A DNA stretch of 64,000 nt, taken from assembly GCA_964016885.1 (NCBI GenBank), contig OZ024740.1, forward strand, positions 395,374,001-395,438,000. The letters run 5' to 3'. The notes under the pieces were generated by a model. That model was not told where the DNA came from and did not search any database. It saw only the letters and a program-made list of their open reading frames with translations. The position numbers and the translations under genes were made by a program. The first letter of the stretch is position 1, and every line of letters begins with the position of its first letter. Below are positions 12,491 to 24,849 of this stretch, piece after piece. The stretch is from Eledone cirrhosa. Lineage: Eukaryota.

Positions 12491-12769
12491 TATATATTGA
12501 AATACTTAACTAAAACACACACACACGAACTTGTGAGTACATTTTCCTTTAACTACAAATTATTATTATATACTTTCGTCTTTTCATTAACTTAATTAAT
12601 TTCAAATAACCAGAATATACATATATATATATACTCATATTTATATATATACGCTTCTCACTCACACACAAGAAAAACAAAAAACAAAAATAAATCAAAA
12701 ATAAATTTAAAAAAAAAATATATATATATTGAAATACTTAACTAAAACACACACACACTCAAAACTAGA

Positions 12770-13933
12770 ATGGCTAACCAGCAAAAATCCAAACAGAACT
12801 GGTCTGATAATGAAATCGACATTCTAATAAACACATGGCATTGCCTTTCCCAAACAGAAGATATAGATGCTTCATCTCTGAACGACATTGCTAAACGTAC
12901 AGTTCAATTTTTGAAAACTCGATCTGAACAACAGATTCAAAATAAATTAAAGCAAATCGAAATTGCTTTTAAATTAATCAATAAACATTTGGATAAACTA
13001 CGGTGTGTTTTCTCTTCGAATGCTGTCCAGCAGCAGCAACAACAACAACAGCAGCTACAACAGCAACAACAACAACAACAGCAGCTACAACAGCAACAAC
13101 AACAACATCAACAACAGCTACAACAACAACATCAACAACAGCAACAACAACAGTGTGAACCACTCCTTGATTCATCAACAATGGCCGATCTACTAAATGA
13201 AACTATTGACCCCCCAGTAGCCTCTGTCTCACAGCATGAAACGCCACATCCTTTCTCTGGCCCAGCAGTCCAATCATCACCACTGCCAACATCTCTGCCT
13301 ACTACTACTACTACTACTACAACATTTTTGTCTACTGCTATGTCAAGGAATTTACCTTCTAATACCAGAACAAGAACTCTCCCTCCCACAGTCCACAAAG
13401 GTCGTCAAATCCTACCCAAACCATCATCTACACCTCTCACAACACCCACACCCATATACCCACCCACTCGAAACCCCATCATTTGCCGCTACTCTCTACG
13501 CTATAGAATATGTACGGATAGTGGCTGCAAATTCACCCATTTACCTAGGACAAAACGATCTATCCCCACAAACAGCCACCACCATAATACATACTCTAAT
13601 TTAACACCAACACAACCACCAATAACTCAAACAAGGAATCCACAAATCTGCCGTTTTTCCCTGCGAGACAGATTGTGTTTAGACCGGGATTGTCCCTTTA
13701 CCCATCTCCCGGGGACCCGTCGGATAAATGAAAATAAAAGCAAAAACAAAAACCATAACCTACATAAAAATAACCACTACCACAGTCACCAACAGTCTTC
13801 TAAACAGGAAACTTCTTCCTCTTTTTTAGCCATAATGAATCTGGCAAAAGAACTGGAAAAAAACATTCGAGCTATCACCCAGCACCACCCTCCACTATCA
13901 CCCCACTGCACAAACTCCCATTGCTGCCATTAA
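12770..13933 (+). CDS. LINE ORF1: Myb/SANT-like N-terminus, poly-Q, two CCCH zinc fingers
   Basis: WSDNEIDILINTW...RSEQQIQNKLKQI; CRYSLRYRICTDSGCKFTH and CRFSLRDRLCLDRDCPFTH. Confidence 0.8.
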   Translation: MANQQKSKQNWSDNEIDILINTWHCLSQTEDIDASSLNDIAKRTVQFLKTRSEQQIQNKLKQIEIAFKLINKHLDKLRCVFSSNAVQQQQQQQQQLQQQQQQQQQLQQQQQQHQQQLQQQHQQQQQQQCEPLLDSSTMADLLNETIDPPVASVSQHETPHPFSGPAVQSSPLPTSLPTTTTTTTTFLSTAMSRNLPSNTRTRTLPPTVHKGRQILPKPSSTPLTTPTPIYPPTRNPIICRYSLRYRICTDSGCKFTHLPRTKRSIPTNSHHHNTYSNLTPTQPPITQTRNPQICRFSLRDRLCLDRDCPFTHLPGTRRINENKSKNKNHNLHKNNHYHSHQQSSKQETSSSFLAIMNLAKELEKNIRAITQHHPPLSPHCTNSHCCH

Positions 13934-16342
13934 CAAACAAACAAATTAACAACACACCAAAACAATTAAAACCATCCACTCTCGCCTCTACATTTTTGCT
14001 TAACGCCCAAGGCATCAGCCCTTCCACCAATACTCAAAAATGGAAGATCAAATTCCTGGAGGACTGGATTGATGTCCATCCAAACCACATCCCTTTCTTC
14101 GTCCTCACTGAAACCCATCTCAGTAACCTCCACTTGGAAGCCGAGGTGAAAGTGAAAAATTTCAAAGCCATCCGTGCTGATCGCGCTGGCAGAAGAAAGG
14201 GCGGAACTGCCATTTATGTCCATAATTCTTTCTCAACAGAGGCTATGAACATATTCACTAATGGATACTGTGAGGCAGTCACTGTATTCAGTCAAACCAA
14301 CAACCTATTAGTAGTTGGGCTCTATAGGCCACCCCAAACGCCTGTACCATGCTTCAAGGAATGCCTCAACAGCATAAAGTGTTTCATCCAAGAGTGTCAC
14401 CCTGACAACATCTTAATGATGGGGGACTTCAACCTCCCCGGAGTTGACTGGTCCACAAACACCCTGCCACCAGGTTCTTCTGCCTCAACCTCTGACAGGG
14501 AAGCTGTGGAATCGCTTCTTGACTTCATGGATGATTTCTTCCTATCCCAACTAGTGCTCGAACCAACGAGGTGCCACAAAAACGTCCTAGACTTAATTTT
14601 CAGCAATCACACTGACAATATCCACAATATTGCAGTGGAGAAAACTCTACTCTCTGATCATGACATGGTTCTCTGTGATCTGAGATTCCACCGTCCAATA
14701 TACAAACCCAATGTCATTTCTCCTGTCCATCCGTTTGACGCTATGGATTTCCACAATGCAAACTGGGAAGCGATCAGTCATGATCTTGCACATGTCGACT
14801 GGTCCTTCACGCACACTCATACACCCACTAACATCAAAAAGTCCTGGCAGACATTTGTGGACACTGTTACAAACATATGTGCTAAACACACCCCATTAAG
14901 AACTATAAACAAATCTAAGAGCAGAATCCCTAGAAATAGAAAAACGCTCATCAGAAAAATTAAGAGAACGAACAAAAAAATCAACAATCTGAAATACTGT
15001 CAGCAGCAACACATCAACTTGACTGCCATTTCATCACTAGAGATTAAAAAACATAACCTCCAAAACAACATAATGTCCCTCATCAACAATCAGAGAAGAG
15101 CTGAAGAGGCCTGGGCCATTGAGAAGATCAAACTTAATCCCAAAGTGTTCTTTTCATTTGCAAAAAAACACAAAATCACTGGCTCTACTGTTGGCCCTCT
15201 AATTGATGAAAATGGCACTCTTCAAGACAATGCTAAAACCATGGGTGAGATACTGCAGAAACAATACTGCTCTGTTTTCAGCAATCCTGATATGGCCGAT
15301 CTGGGCTGTATCGGCGATGTTACTCCCCATTACACCTTATCGGACATAACGTTTGGCGCCCCTGATGTCTTGGCGGCAATAAAGGAAATCAAGCATAATT
15401 CAGCAGTAGGTCCCGATAGGTTCCCTGCTTGTGTCTTGAAGGCGTGTCAACACCAACTTGCTTCTCCTCTTGCCAATCTGTGGCGGAACTCACTGGATGC
15501 TGGATATGTGCCAGAAAACCTTCTATCCCAGTCTGTTGTCCCAGTTTTCAAAAAGGGAAACAAATCCCTTGCCGTGAATTACCGTCCAATCTCACTCACC
15601 TCTCATATCATTAAGGTATTTGAGCGAGTGGTGAGATCGCGAATGACCCACTTCCTTGAGAGTAACAATATGCTGAACTCCAACCAGCATGGATTCCGTA
15701 ATGGAAGGGATTGCCTGACGCAACTACTGCATCACTTTGATGACATTTTGAGAGCCTTGGGAGAGGGTTCCAACACTGATGTTATCTACCTTGATTTCAG
15801 CAAGGCCTTTGACAGGGTTGATCATAACATTCTACTGAGAAAGCTGTCCAATATTGGTGTCACTGGAAAGCTGCTGCAGTGGATCAAGAGCTTCCTGTCA
15901 AACAGAACCCAACATGTTGTAGTTGAGGGAGTCAAATCAAGCCCAGCCAAAGTCAGTAGTGGAGTCCCACAAGGCACTGTGTTGGGCCCACTTCTCTTCA
16001 TCATCTATATTAATGACATCACTGACATCATCAAACACAGCAACATTAAAATTTTCGCTGATGATTCCAAGCTCCAAAAGGTCATCAATGGCGTGGATGA
16101 CCGGATAAGCCTTCAGTCAGACCTACTGGCTGTTACCCAATGGGCAGAAAAGAACAACATGTTACTGAACGAAGACAAATTCGAACTGATCCACTTTGGA
16201 AAAGAGGATGCTCTGAAACTCCCGTACTCCCTTCCCTCCGGGGAAACTCTCGTGGCATCTAACAACATCAGAGACTTGGGAGTAACCGTGGACAGCAACA
16301 TAAGCTGGACCACGCATATAAGCAGCAAAGTTGACATGGCCC
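13804..16342 (+). CDS. LINE ORF2 (APE endonuclease + reverse transcriptase), open from 13804, first ATG only at 14245
   Basis: LLNAQGI, LTETHL, GDFN, SDH, and RT motifs up to FADD and beyond; interrupted by the N gap. Confidence 0.9.
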
Positions 16343-16542
16343 NNNNNNNNNNNNNNNNNNNNNNNNNNNNNNNNNNNNNNNNNNNNNNNNNNNNNNNNNN
16401 NNNNNNNNNNNNNNNNNNNNNNNNNNNNNNNNNNNNNNNNNNNNNNNNNNNNNNNNNNNNNNNNNNNNNNNNNNNNNNNNNNNNNNNNNNNNNNNNNNNN
16501 NNNNNNNNNNNNNNNNNNNNNNNNNNNNNNNNNNNNNNNNNN
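16343..16542. other. Assembly gap (200 N)
   Basis: Run of N. Confidence 1.
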
Positions 16543-17346
16543 ATATGTAGTATATGTATATATATATGGTATATATAATATATGTATATATGTATATATA
16601 TATGTATATATATATATTGTATATATGTATATATATATGGTATATTATATATGTATATATGTATATATATATGTATATAGATATATGTATATATGTATAT
16701 ATATGTATATATATATATGTATATATATATATGTATATATGTATATATATATGTATATATATATATGTATATATGTATATATATATGTATATATATATGT
16801 ATATATATATGTATATATATATATGTATATATATATATATGTATATATATATGTATATATGTATGTATATATGTATATATGTATGTATATATATATATGT
16901 ATATATATATGTATATATATATATGTATATATATATGTATATATATATGTATATATATATGTATGTATATATGTATATATGTATGTATATATGTATGTAT
17001 ATATGTATATGTATATTATATATATGTATATATATATGTATATATATATGTATATATATATATGTATATATATATATGTATATATATATATGTATATATA
17101 TATATGTATATATATATATGTATATTATGTATATATGTATATATATATATATGTATATATATGTATATATATATGTATATATATATGTATATATATATAT
17201 GTATATATATATATGTATATATGTATATATATATATGTATATATATATGTATATATATATATGTATATATTATATATATATATGTATATATGTATATATT
17301 ATGTATATATATGTATATATGTATATATTGTATATATGTATATATG

Positions 17347-17397
<51 letters not shown>

Positions 17398-17649
17398 GTA
17401 TATATGTATATATGTATATATATATGTATATATATATTATATATATGTATATATATATATATATGTATATATATATGTATATATGTATATATGTATATAT
17501 ATATGTATATTATATTATATATATATATGTATATATATGTATATATTATATATGTATATATATATGTATATATATATATATATATGTATATATATGTATA
17601 TATGTATATATATATGTATATATATATATGTATATATTATGTATATATG

Positions 17650-17696
<47 letters not shown>

Positions 17697-17778
17697 GTAT
17701 ATATATGTATATATATGTATATATATATGTATATATATATATGTATATATATATTATGTATATATATGTATATATATG

Positions 17779-17819
<41 letters not shown>

Positions 17820-17833
17820 TATGTATATATATG

Positions 17834-17880
<47 letters not shown>

Positions 17881-18011
17881 GTATATATATATGTATATAT
17901 ATGTATATATATATGTATATATATATATATGTATATATATGTATATATGTATATATATATGTATATATATGTATATATATAATATATGTATATATATATA
18001 TATATAATATG

Positions 18012-18044
<33 letters not shown>

Positions 18045-18174
18045 TATATTATATGTATATATATGTATATATATGTATATATATATATGTATATATATAT
18101 TATTATATATGATATATATATATGTATATATATATATGTATATATATGTATATATATATATATGTATATATATG

Positions 18175-18205
<31 letters not shown>

Positions 18206-18777
18206 ATATATATATATGTATATATATATTATATATATGTATATATATATGTTTATATATATATATGTATATATATATGTATATATATATATATATGTAT
18301 ATATATGTATATATATATGTATATATATATATATATGTATATATATATGTATATATATGTATATATATATTATGTATATATATGTATATTATATATATGT
18401 ATATATATGTATATATATATATATGTATATATGTATATATATGTATATATATATATATGTATATATATATGTATATATATGTATATATATATATATGTAT
18501 ATATATGTATATATATATATGTATATATATATGTATATATATGTATATATATATATGTATATTATTATATGTATATATATGTATATATATATGTATATAT
18601 ATATGTATATATATGTATATTATATATGTATATATATGTATATATATATGTATATATATGTATATATATATGTATATATATGTATATATATGTATTATAT
18701 ATGTATATATATATGTATATATATGTATATGTATATATATAGTATATATATGTATATATGTATATATTATATATATG

Positions 18778-18848
<71 letters not shown>

Positions 18849-18890
18849 GTATATATGTATATATATATATATATGTATATATGTATATAT
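16543..18890. repeat. (TA)n/(TATATG)n microsatellite array
   Basis: Directly visible. Confidence 0.97.
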
Positions 18891-21684
18891 ATAACTTTGA
18901 ATAACTTTGAAATGTTTTGGCCAGTATTGGCCCAGGCCATGTCTAACTTAATAGCACCACCTGGCGAAGTCTTTCAATTCAGGATTTGGGCACCATGGCC
19001 CATTCGAGAAGAGAATTACTGTTTGCGGAGACATATCCGGGTGTGGGTGGTTTGTCCGGGATTACTTGGAGGAATTTGTCCAAAGACTTCTTGAATTTTG
19101 TGTGGTCAGTTTCTGTTTTGACGTGTCCTGGTGTGATGTTGAAGAGAGCAGGGCCGATTGAGGTGAAATAATTGTGCCGTATTGTTGTTATGAGTTGCGA
19201 TTTAGATTTTTGAATGGGACGGATAGCACGGGGCCCAAGCCTTGGGTGTATCTTGAAGGCGATGCCAACATCATTTGGGCAGTGATGATGGAACATTTTC
19301 CACATCATGCAGATAATATAACGCTCACGGCGACGTTGGAGTGAGTAAAGTTTCAGGTTTTCCAATCGACCCCAGTAGTCAAGGTCTGACATGCCATCTA
19401 TCTTTTTCGTGATTGCCCTTTGAGGAGCTTCAAGTTTCATGATACTTTGTTTCGTGTGGGGAGACCACAGTGGACAACAGTATTCAAGGTGTGGTCGGGC
19501 GAAAGTAGAGAAGAGAAGGATAATGGTGCGGGAATCTCTCGACTGGAAGGTTCTGAGGATCCAGGAACACATTCTGCGGGCCATGTCAACTTTGCTGCTT
19601 ATATGCGTGGTCCAGCTTATGTTGCTGTCCACGGTTACTCCCAAGTCTCTGATGTTGTTAGATGCCACGAGAGTTTCCCCGGAGGGAAGGGAGTACGGGA
19701 GTTTCAGAGCATCCTCTTTTCCAAAGTGGATCAGTTCGAATTTGTCTTCGTTCAGTAGCATGTTGTTCTTTTCTGCCCATTGGGTAACAGCCAGTAGGTC
19801 TGACTGAAGGCTTATCCGGTCATCCACGCCATTGATGACCTTTTGGAGCTTGGAATCATCAGCGAAAATTTTAATGTTGCTGTGTTTGATGATGTCAGTG
19901 ATGTCATTAATATAGATGATGAAGAGAAGTGGGCCCAACACAGTGCCTTGTGGGACTCCACTACTGACTTTGGCTGGGCTTGATTTGACTCCCTCAACTA
20001 CAACATGTTGGGTTCTGTTTGACAGGAAGCTCTTGATCCACTGCAGCAGCTTTCCAGTGACACCAATATTGGACAGCTTTCTCAGTAGAATGTTATGATC
20101 AACCCTGTCAAAGGCCTTGCTGAAATCAAGGTAGATAACATCAGTGTTGGAACCCTCTCCCAAGGCTCTCAAAATGTCATCAAAGTGATGCAGTAGTTGC
20201 GTCAGGCAATCCCTTCCATTACGGAATCCATGCTGGTTGGAGTTCAGCATATTGTTACTCTCAAGGAAGTGGGTCATTCGCGATCTCACCACTCGCTCAA
20301 ATACCTTAATGATATGAGAGGTGAGTGAGATTGGACGGTAATTCACGGCAAGGGATTTGTTTCCCTTTTTGAAAACTGGGACAACAGACTGGGATAGAAG
20401 GTTTTCTGGCACATATCCAGCATCCAGTGAGTTCCGCCACAGATTGGCAAGAGGAGAAGCAAGTTGGTGTTGACACGCCTTCAAGACACAAGCAGGGAAC
20501 CTATCGGGACCTACTGCTGAATTATGCTTGATTTCCTTTATTGCCGCCAAGACATCAGGGGCGCCAAACGTTATGTCCGATAAGGTGTAATGGGGAGTAA
20601 CATCGCCGATACAGCCCAGATCGGCCATATCAGGATTGCTGAAAACAGAGCAGTATTGTTTCTGCAGTATCTCACCCATGGTTTTAGCATTGTCTTGAAG
20701 AGTGCCATTTTCATCAATTAGAGGGCCAACAGTAGAGCCAGTGATTTTGTGTTTTTTTGCAAATGAAAAGAACACTTTGGGATTGAGTTTGATCTTCTCA
20801 ATGGCCCAGGCCTCTTCAGCTCTTCTCTGATTGTTGATGAGGGACATTATGTTGTTTTGGAGGTTATGTTTTTTAATCTCTAGTGATGAAATGGCAGTCA
20901 AGTTGATGTGTTGCTGCTGACAGTATTTCAGCTTGTTGATTTTTTTGTTCGTTCTCTTAATTTTTCTGATGAGTGTTTTTCTATTTCTAGGGATTCTGCT
21001 CTTAGATTTGTTTATAGTTCTTAATGGGGTGTGTTTAGCACATATGTTTGTAACAGTGTCCACAAATGTCTGCCAGGACTTTTTGATGTTAGTGGGTGTA
21101 TGAGTGTGCGTGAAGGACCAGTCGACATGTGCAAGATCATGACTGATCGCTTCCCAGTTTGCATTGTGGAAATCCATAGCGTCAAACGGATGGACAGGAG
21201 AAATGACATTGGGTTTGTATATTGGACGGTGGAATCTCAGATCACAGAGAACCATGTCATGATCAGAGAGTAGAGTTTTCTCCACTGCAATATTGTGGAT
21301 ATTGTCAGTGTGATTGCTGAAAATTAAGTCTAGGACGTTTTTGTGGCACCTCGTTGGTTCGAGCACTAGTTGGGATAGGAAGAAATCATCCATGAAGTCA
21401 AGAAGCGATTCCACAGCTTCCCTGTCAGAGGTTGAGGCAGAAGAACCTGGTGGCAGGGTGTTTGTGGACCAGTCAACTCCGGGGAGGTTGAAGTCCCCCA
21501 TCATTAAGATGTTGTCAGGGTGACACTCTTGGATGAAACACTTTATGCTGTTGAGGCATTCCTTGAAGCATGGTACAGGCGTTTGGGGTGGCCTATAGAG
21601 CCCAACTACTAATAGGTTGTTGGTTTGACTGAATACAGTGACTGCCTCACAGTATCCATTAGTGAATATGTTCATAGCCTCTGT
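18891..21684 (-). mobile_element. CR1-group LINE, copy 2 (5'-truncated, intact 3'UTR and (TTCAAAGTTA)2 tail)
   Basis: Near-identical to copy 1; both ends abut (TA)n. Confidence 0.93.
18979..21675 (-). CDS. ORF2 (partial APE + RT + C-terminal domain), uninterrupted 898 aa
   Basis: Same protein as 14245 onward, plus C-terminal [18 protein letters not shown] and NSLLEW. Confidence 0.9.
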   Translation of the reverse strand: MNIFTNGYCEAVTVFSQTNNLLVVGLYRPPQTPVPCFKECLNSIKCFIQECHPDNILMMGDFNLPGVDWSTNTLPPGSSASTSDREAVESLLDFMDDFFLSQLVLEPTRCHKNVLDLIFSNHTDNIHNIAVEKTLLSDHDMVLCDLRFHRPIYKPNVISPVHPFDAMDFHNANWEAISHDLAHVDWSFTHTHTPTNIKKSWQTFVDTVTNICAKHTPLRTINKSKSRIPRNRKTLIRKIKRTNKKINKLKYCQQQHINLTAISSLEIKKHNLQNNIMSLINNQRRAEEAWAIEKIKLNPKVFFSFAKKHKITGSTVGPLIDENGTLQDNAKTMGEILQKQYCSVFSNPDMADLGCIGDVTPHYTLSDITFGAPDVLAAIKEIKHNSAVGPDRFPACVLKACQHQLASPLANLWRNSLDAGYVPENLLSQSVVPVFKKGNKSLAVNYRPISLTSHIIKVFERVVRSRMTHFLESNNMLNSNQHGFRNGRDCLTQLLHHFDDILRALGEGSNTDVIYLDFSKAFDRVDHNILLRKLSNIGVTGKLLQWIKSFLSNRTQHVVVEGVKSSPAKVSSGVPQGTVLGPLLFIIYINDITDIIKHSNIKIFADDSKLQKVINGVDDRISLQSDLLAVTQWAEKNNMLLNEDKFELIHFGKEDALKLPYSLPSGETLVASNNIRDLGVTVDSNISWTTHISSKVDMARRMCSWILRTFQSRDSRTIILLFSTFARPHLEYCCPLWSPHTKQSIMKLEAPQRAITKKIDGMSDLDYWGRLENLKLYSLQRRRERYIICMMWKMFHHHCPNDVGIAFKIHPRLGPRAIRPIQKSKSQLITTIRHNYFTSIGPALFNITPGHVKTETDHTKFKKSLDKFLQVIPDKPPTPGYVSANSNSLLEWAMVPKS

Positions 21685-21715
21685 ATATATGTATATATAT
21701 ATGTATATATATATG

Positions 21716-21746
<31 letters not shown>

Positions 21747-21757
21747 GTATATATATG

Positions 21758-21794
<37 letters not shown>

Positions 21795-22115
21795 GTATAT
21801 ATGTATATATATATGTATATATATATATGTATATATGTATATATATATGTATATATATATGTATATATATATGTATATTTATATATATATATATGTATAT
21901 ATATATGTATATATATATGTATATTTATATATATATATATATATGTATGTATATATGTATATATGTATGTATATATGTATATATGTATGTATATATGTAT
22001 ATGTATATATATATGTATGTATATATGTATATATGTATGTATATATGTATGTATATATGTATATGTATATATGTATATATATATGTATATATATATGTAT
22101 ATATATATGTATATA

Positions 22116-22154
<39 letters not shown>

Positions 22155-22200
22155 ATATGTATATATGTATGTATATATGTATATGTATATATGTATATAT

Positions 22201-22338
22201 ATCATCATCATCATCAGGTTTAGCGTCCGTGTTCCACGCTTGCATGGGTTTGGACGGGGGTTTTCCCACTTGAGGCAAGAGTGGTTGTCTTGCTCGCATA
22301 GGACTGTCTGGCAGGTTTTCTACAGTTGGATGCCCTTC
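22201..22338 (-). mobile_element. 3' end of an RTE LINE (3'UTR with (GAT)n tail)
   Basis: Matches 38953-39090. Confidence 0.85.
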
Positions 22339-22345
22339 ATATATG

Positions 22346-22396
<51 letters not shown>

Positions 22397-22539
22397 ATAT
22401 GTATATATATATATGTATATATATATGTATATATATATATATATATATGTATGTATATATGTATATATATATATGTATATATATATATGTATATATATAT
22501 ATGTATATATATATGTATATATATATGTATATATATATG

Positions 22540-22618
<79 letters not shown>

Positions 22619-22629
22619 GTATATATATA

Positions 22630-22662
<33 letters not shown>

Positions 22663-22696
22663 ATATATATATGTATATATATACATATATATATAT

Positions 22697-22745
22697 GTTT
22701 CAGAAGATCCCGTTAAGGGTGAAAGCAGCGATTCTTTGCTTAAAC
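22697..22745 (+). ncRNA. Hammerhead-like motif with variant core CAGAAGA
   Basis: GTTT-CAGAAGA-tCCCgttaaGGGt-GAAA-GCAgcgattcttTGC-TT-AAAC; repeated at 24500-24550. Confidence 0.55.
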
Positions 22746-22863
22746 TTTAATCTGTTATATTAATAAATAATTGCTCTTCGGTTCTTATATATTTGATATA
22801 TATTTTCCTTATCGAGCCCTCTTTGGATTTTAGTCTTCAATTTTATTATTATTACTATATATG

Positions 22864-22914
<51 letters not shown>

Positions 22915-23081
22915 ATATATATGTATATATATATGTATGTATATATATATGTATATATATATGTATATGTATATATGTATATATATATGTATATATATAT
23001 GTATCTGTATATATGTATATATATGTATATGTATTTATATGTATATGTATATATGTATATATATGTATATGTATATATATG

Positions 23082-23149
<68 letters not shown>

Positions 23150-23259
23150 TCCAGTTCCTCAGTGAATTAACAACCCAACAAGGAACTGGGCATATCAGAG
23201 TATTGACAATATTATACACCTAAACATCATATGTACTTGTCTCTACCATACTAATTCAA

Positions 23260-23314
23260 ACTGCCTGAAGAGGTCACAGCCAAAGATGGCTGTCACTGAA
23301 ATATATATAGCAGT
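23260..23314 (+). ncRNA. Minimal type I hammerhead ribozyme
   Basis: ACTGC-CTGAAGA-GGTCACAGCCaaagatGGCTGTCACT-GAAA-TATATA-TA-GCAGT. Confidence 0.8.
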
Positions 23315-23393
23315 AATAAACGAAGCTAAATTTTAATCATTTGACTTTTATTTAACTTTATTTTATATATATATGTATATATGTATATATATC

Positions 23394-23424
<31 letters not shown>

Positions 23425-23425
23425 G

Positions 23426-23494
<69 letters not shown>

Positions 23495-24011
23495 GAATAT
23501 ATGTATAGATATATATATGTATATATATTTATATATATGTATATATATATGTATATATATGTATATATATATGTATATATATATGTATATATATATGTAT
23601 ATATATATATGTATATATATATATGTATATATATATGTGTATATATATATATATATGTATATATATATGTATGTATATATATATATATATATGTATGTAT
23701 ATATATATATATGTATATATATATGTATATATATATGTATATATATATGTATATATATATGTATATATATATGTATATATGTATATATATATATATGTAT
23801 ATATGTATATATATATATATGTATATATATATGTATATATATATATGTATATATATATGTGTATATATATATGTGTATATATATGTGTGTATATATATAA
23901 GTATATATATAAGTATATATATATGTATATATATATATGTATATATATATATATGTATATATATATATGTATATGTATATATATATATGTATATATATAT
24001 GTATATATATG

Positions 24012-24062
<51 letters not shown>

Positions 24063-24311
24063 GAAAGGTATAGAAAACACTGCAGCGAAAAGCGAACAGC
24101 ATTCCATAGTATATAAGTGACTATAGCGTCAAAATGGGAAAAATAGTTGACGTTAGATGTGGGAAAAATAATTTAAACTCATCCTAAAGAGAATCAGGAT
24201 ATAAATTCATCCACAGAATTTAGTGAAATCCAGGGAAAAATCAATAGAGCCTTAACTCATGATAAAATAAAGTTCAAGATACCTATCCTTCAATTTGGAA
24301 AAACTTCAAAT

Positions 24312-24389
24312 GCTCTGTATAGTCGTAAGACTATTTCATGAAAACTTTCACCGGAGATGGTCACTGTTGGCTTTCATCATCAGCATAGC
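24312..24389 (-). ncRNA. Type I hammerhead ribozyme with stable stem III
   Basis: Minus strand: GCTATG-CTGATGA-TGAAAGC...GTTTTCAT-GAAA-TAGTCttacGACTA-TA-CAGAGC. Confidence 0.75.
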
Positions 24390-24499
24390 TCAACTCGATA
24401 ACCAGGATCTCGCAGATTAATATACCAAAAAGGGAATTCTAAAGCTGGCCAGTCCAACATCATGCGTGATCACGAAAAACGCACATATATATATATGTT

Positions 24500-24550
24500 A
24501 GTTTCAGAAGATCCCGTTAAGGGTGAAAGCAGCGATTCTTTGCTTAAACT
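24500..24550 (+). ncRNA. Second copy of the CAGAAGA hammerhead-like motif
   Basis: AGTTT/AAACT stem I; otherwise identical to 22697-22745. Confidence 0.55.
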
Positions 24551-24570
24551 TTAATCTGTTATTTTAATAA

Positions 24571-24635
<65 letters not shown>

Positions 24636-24710
24636 CCCTATTTGCTTATAATAGTGAGAGATGGGGAGAGCAACAACGTAGAAACAATTATGTTCAGACC
24701 TAATATATAT

Positions 24711-24764
24711 GTATACTCGAGGACGCGAGTTTCACCGGATGGTGAAACACCTGTTCTCAAGTAT
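24711..24764 (-). ncRNA. Decayed hammerhead-like motif
   Basis: Minus strand: ata-CTTGAGA-acagg...ccggt-GAAA-CTCGcgtcctCGAG-TA-tac. Stem III is perfect; the core is altered. Confidence 0.4.
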
Positions 24765-24849
24765 GGCCTGCTAATTTGTTGTGGAACTAACTCGATCTCT
24801 CTTTCTCTCTCTCTCTCTGTTATATATATATGTGTATATATATATATAT

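Larger units (their letters stand above)
12491..16342 (+). mobile_element. CR1-group LINE, copy 1 (5'UTR + ORF1 + ORF2, 3' end lost in the assembly gap)
   Basis: Two long ORFs; APE and RT motifs ([34 protein letters not shown]). Confidence 0.92.
21685..24060. repeat. (TA)n/(TATG)n array with embedded islands
   Basis: Directly visible. Confidence 0.95.
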
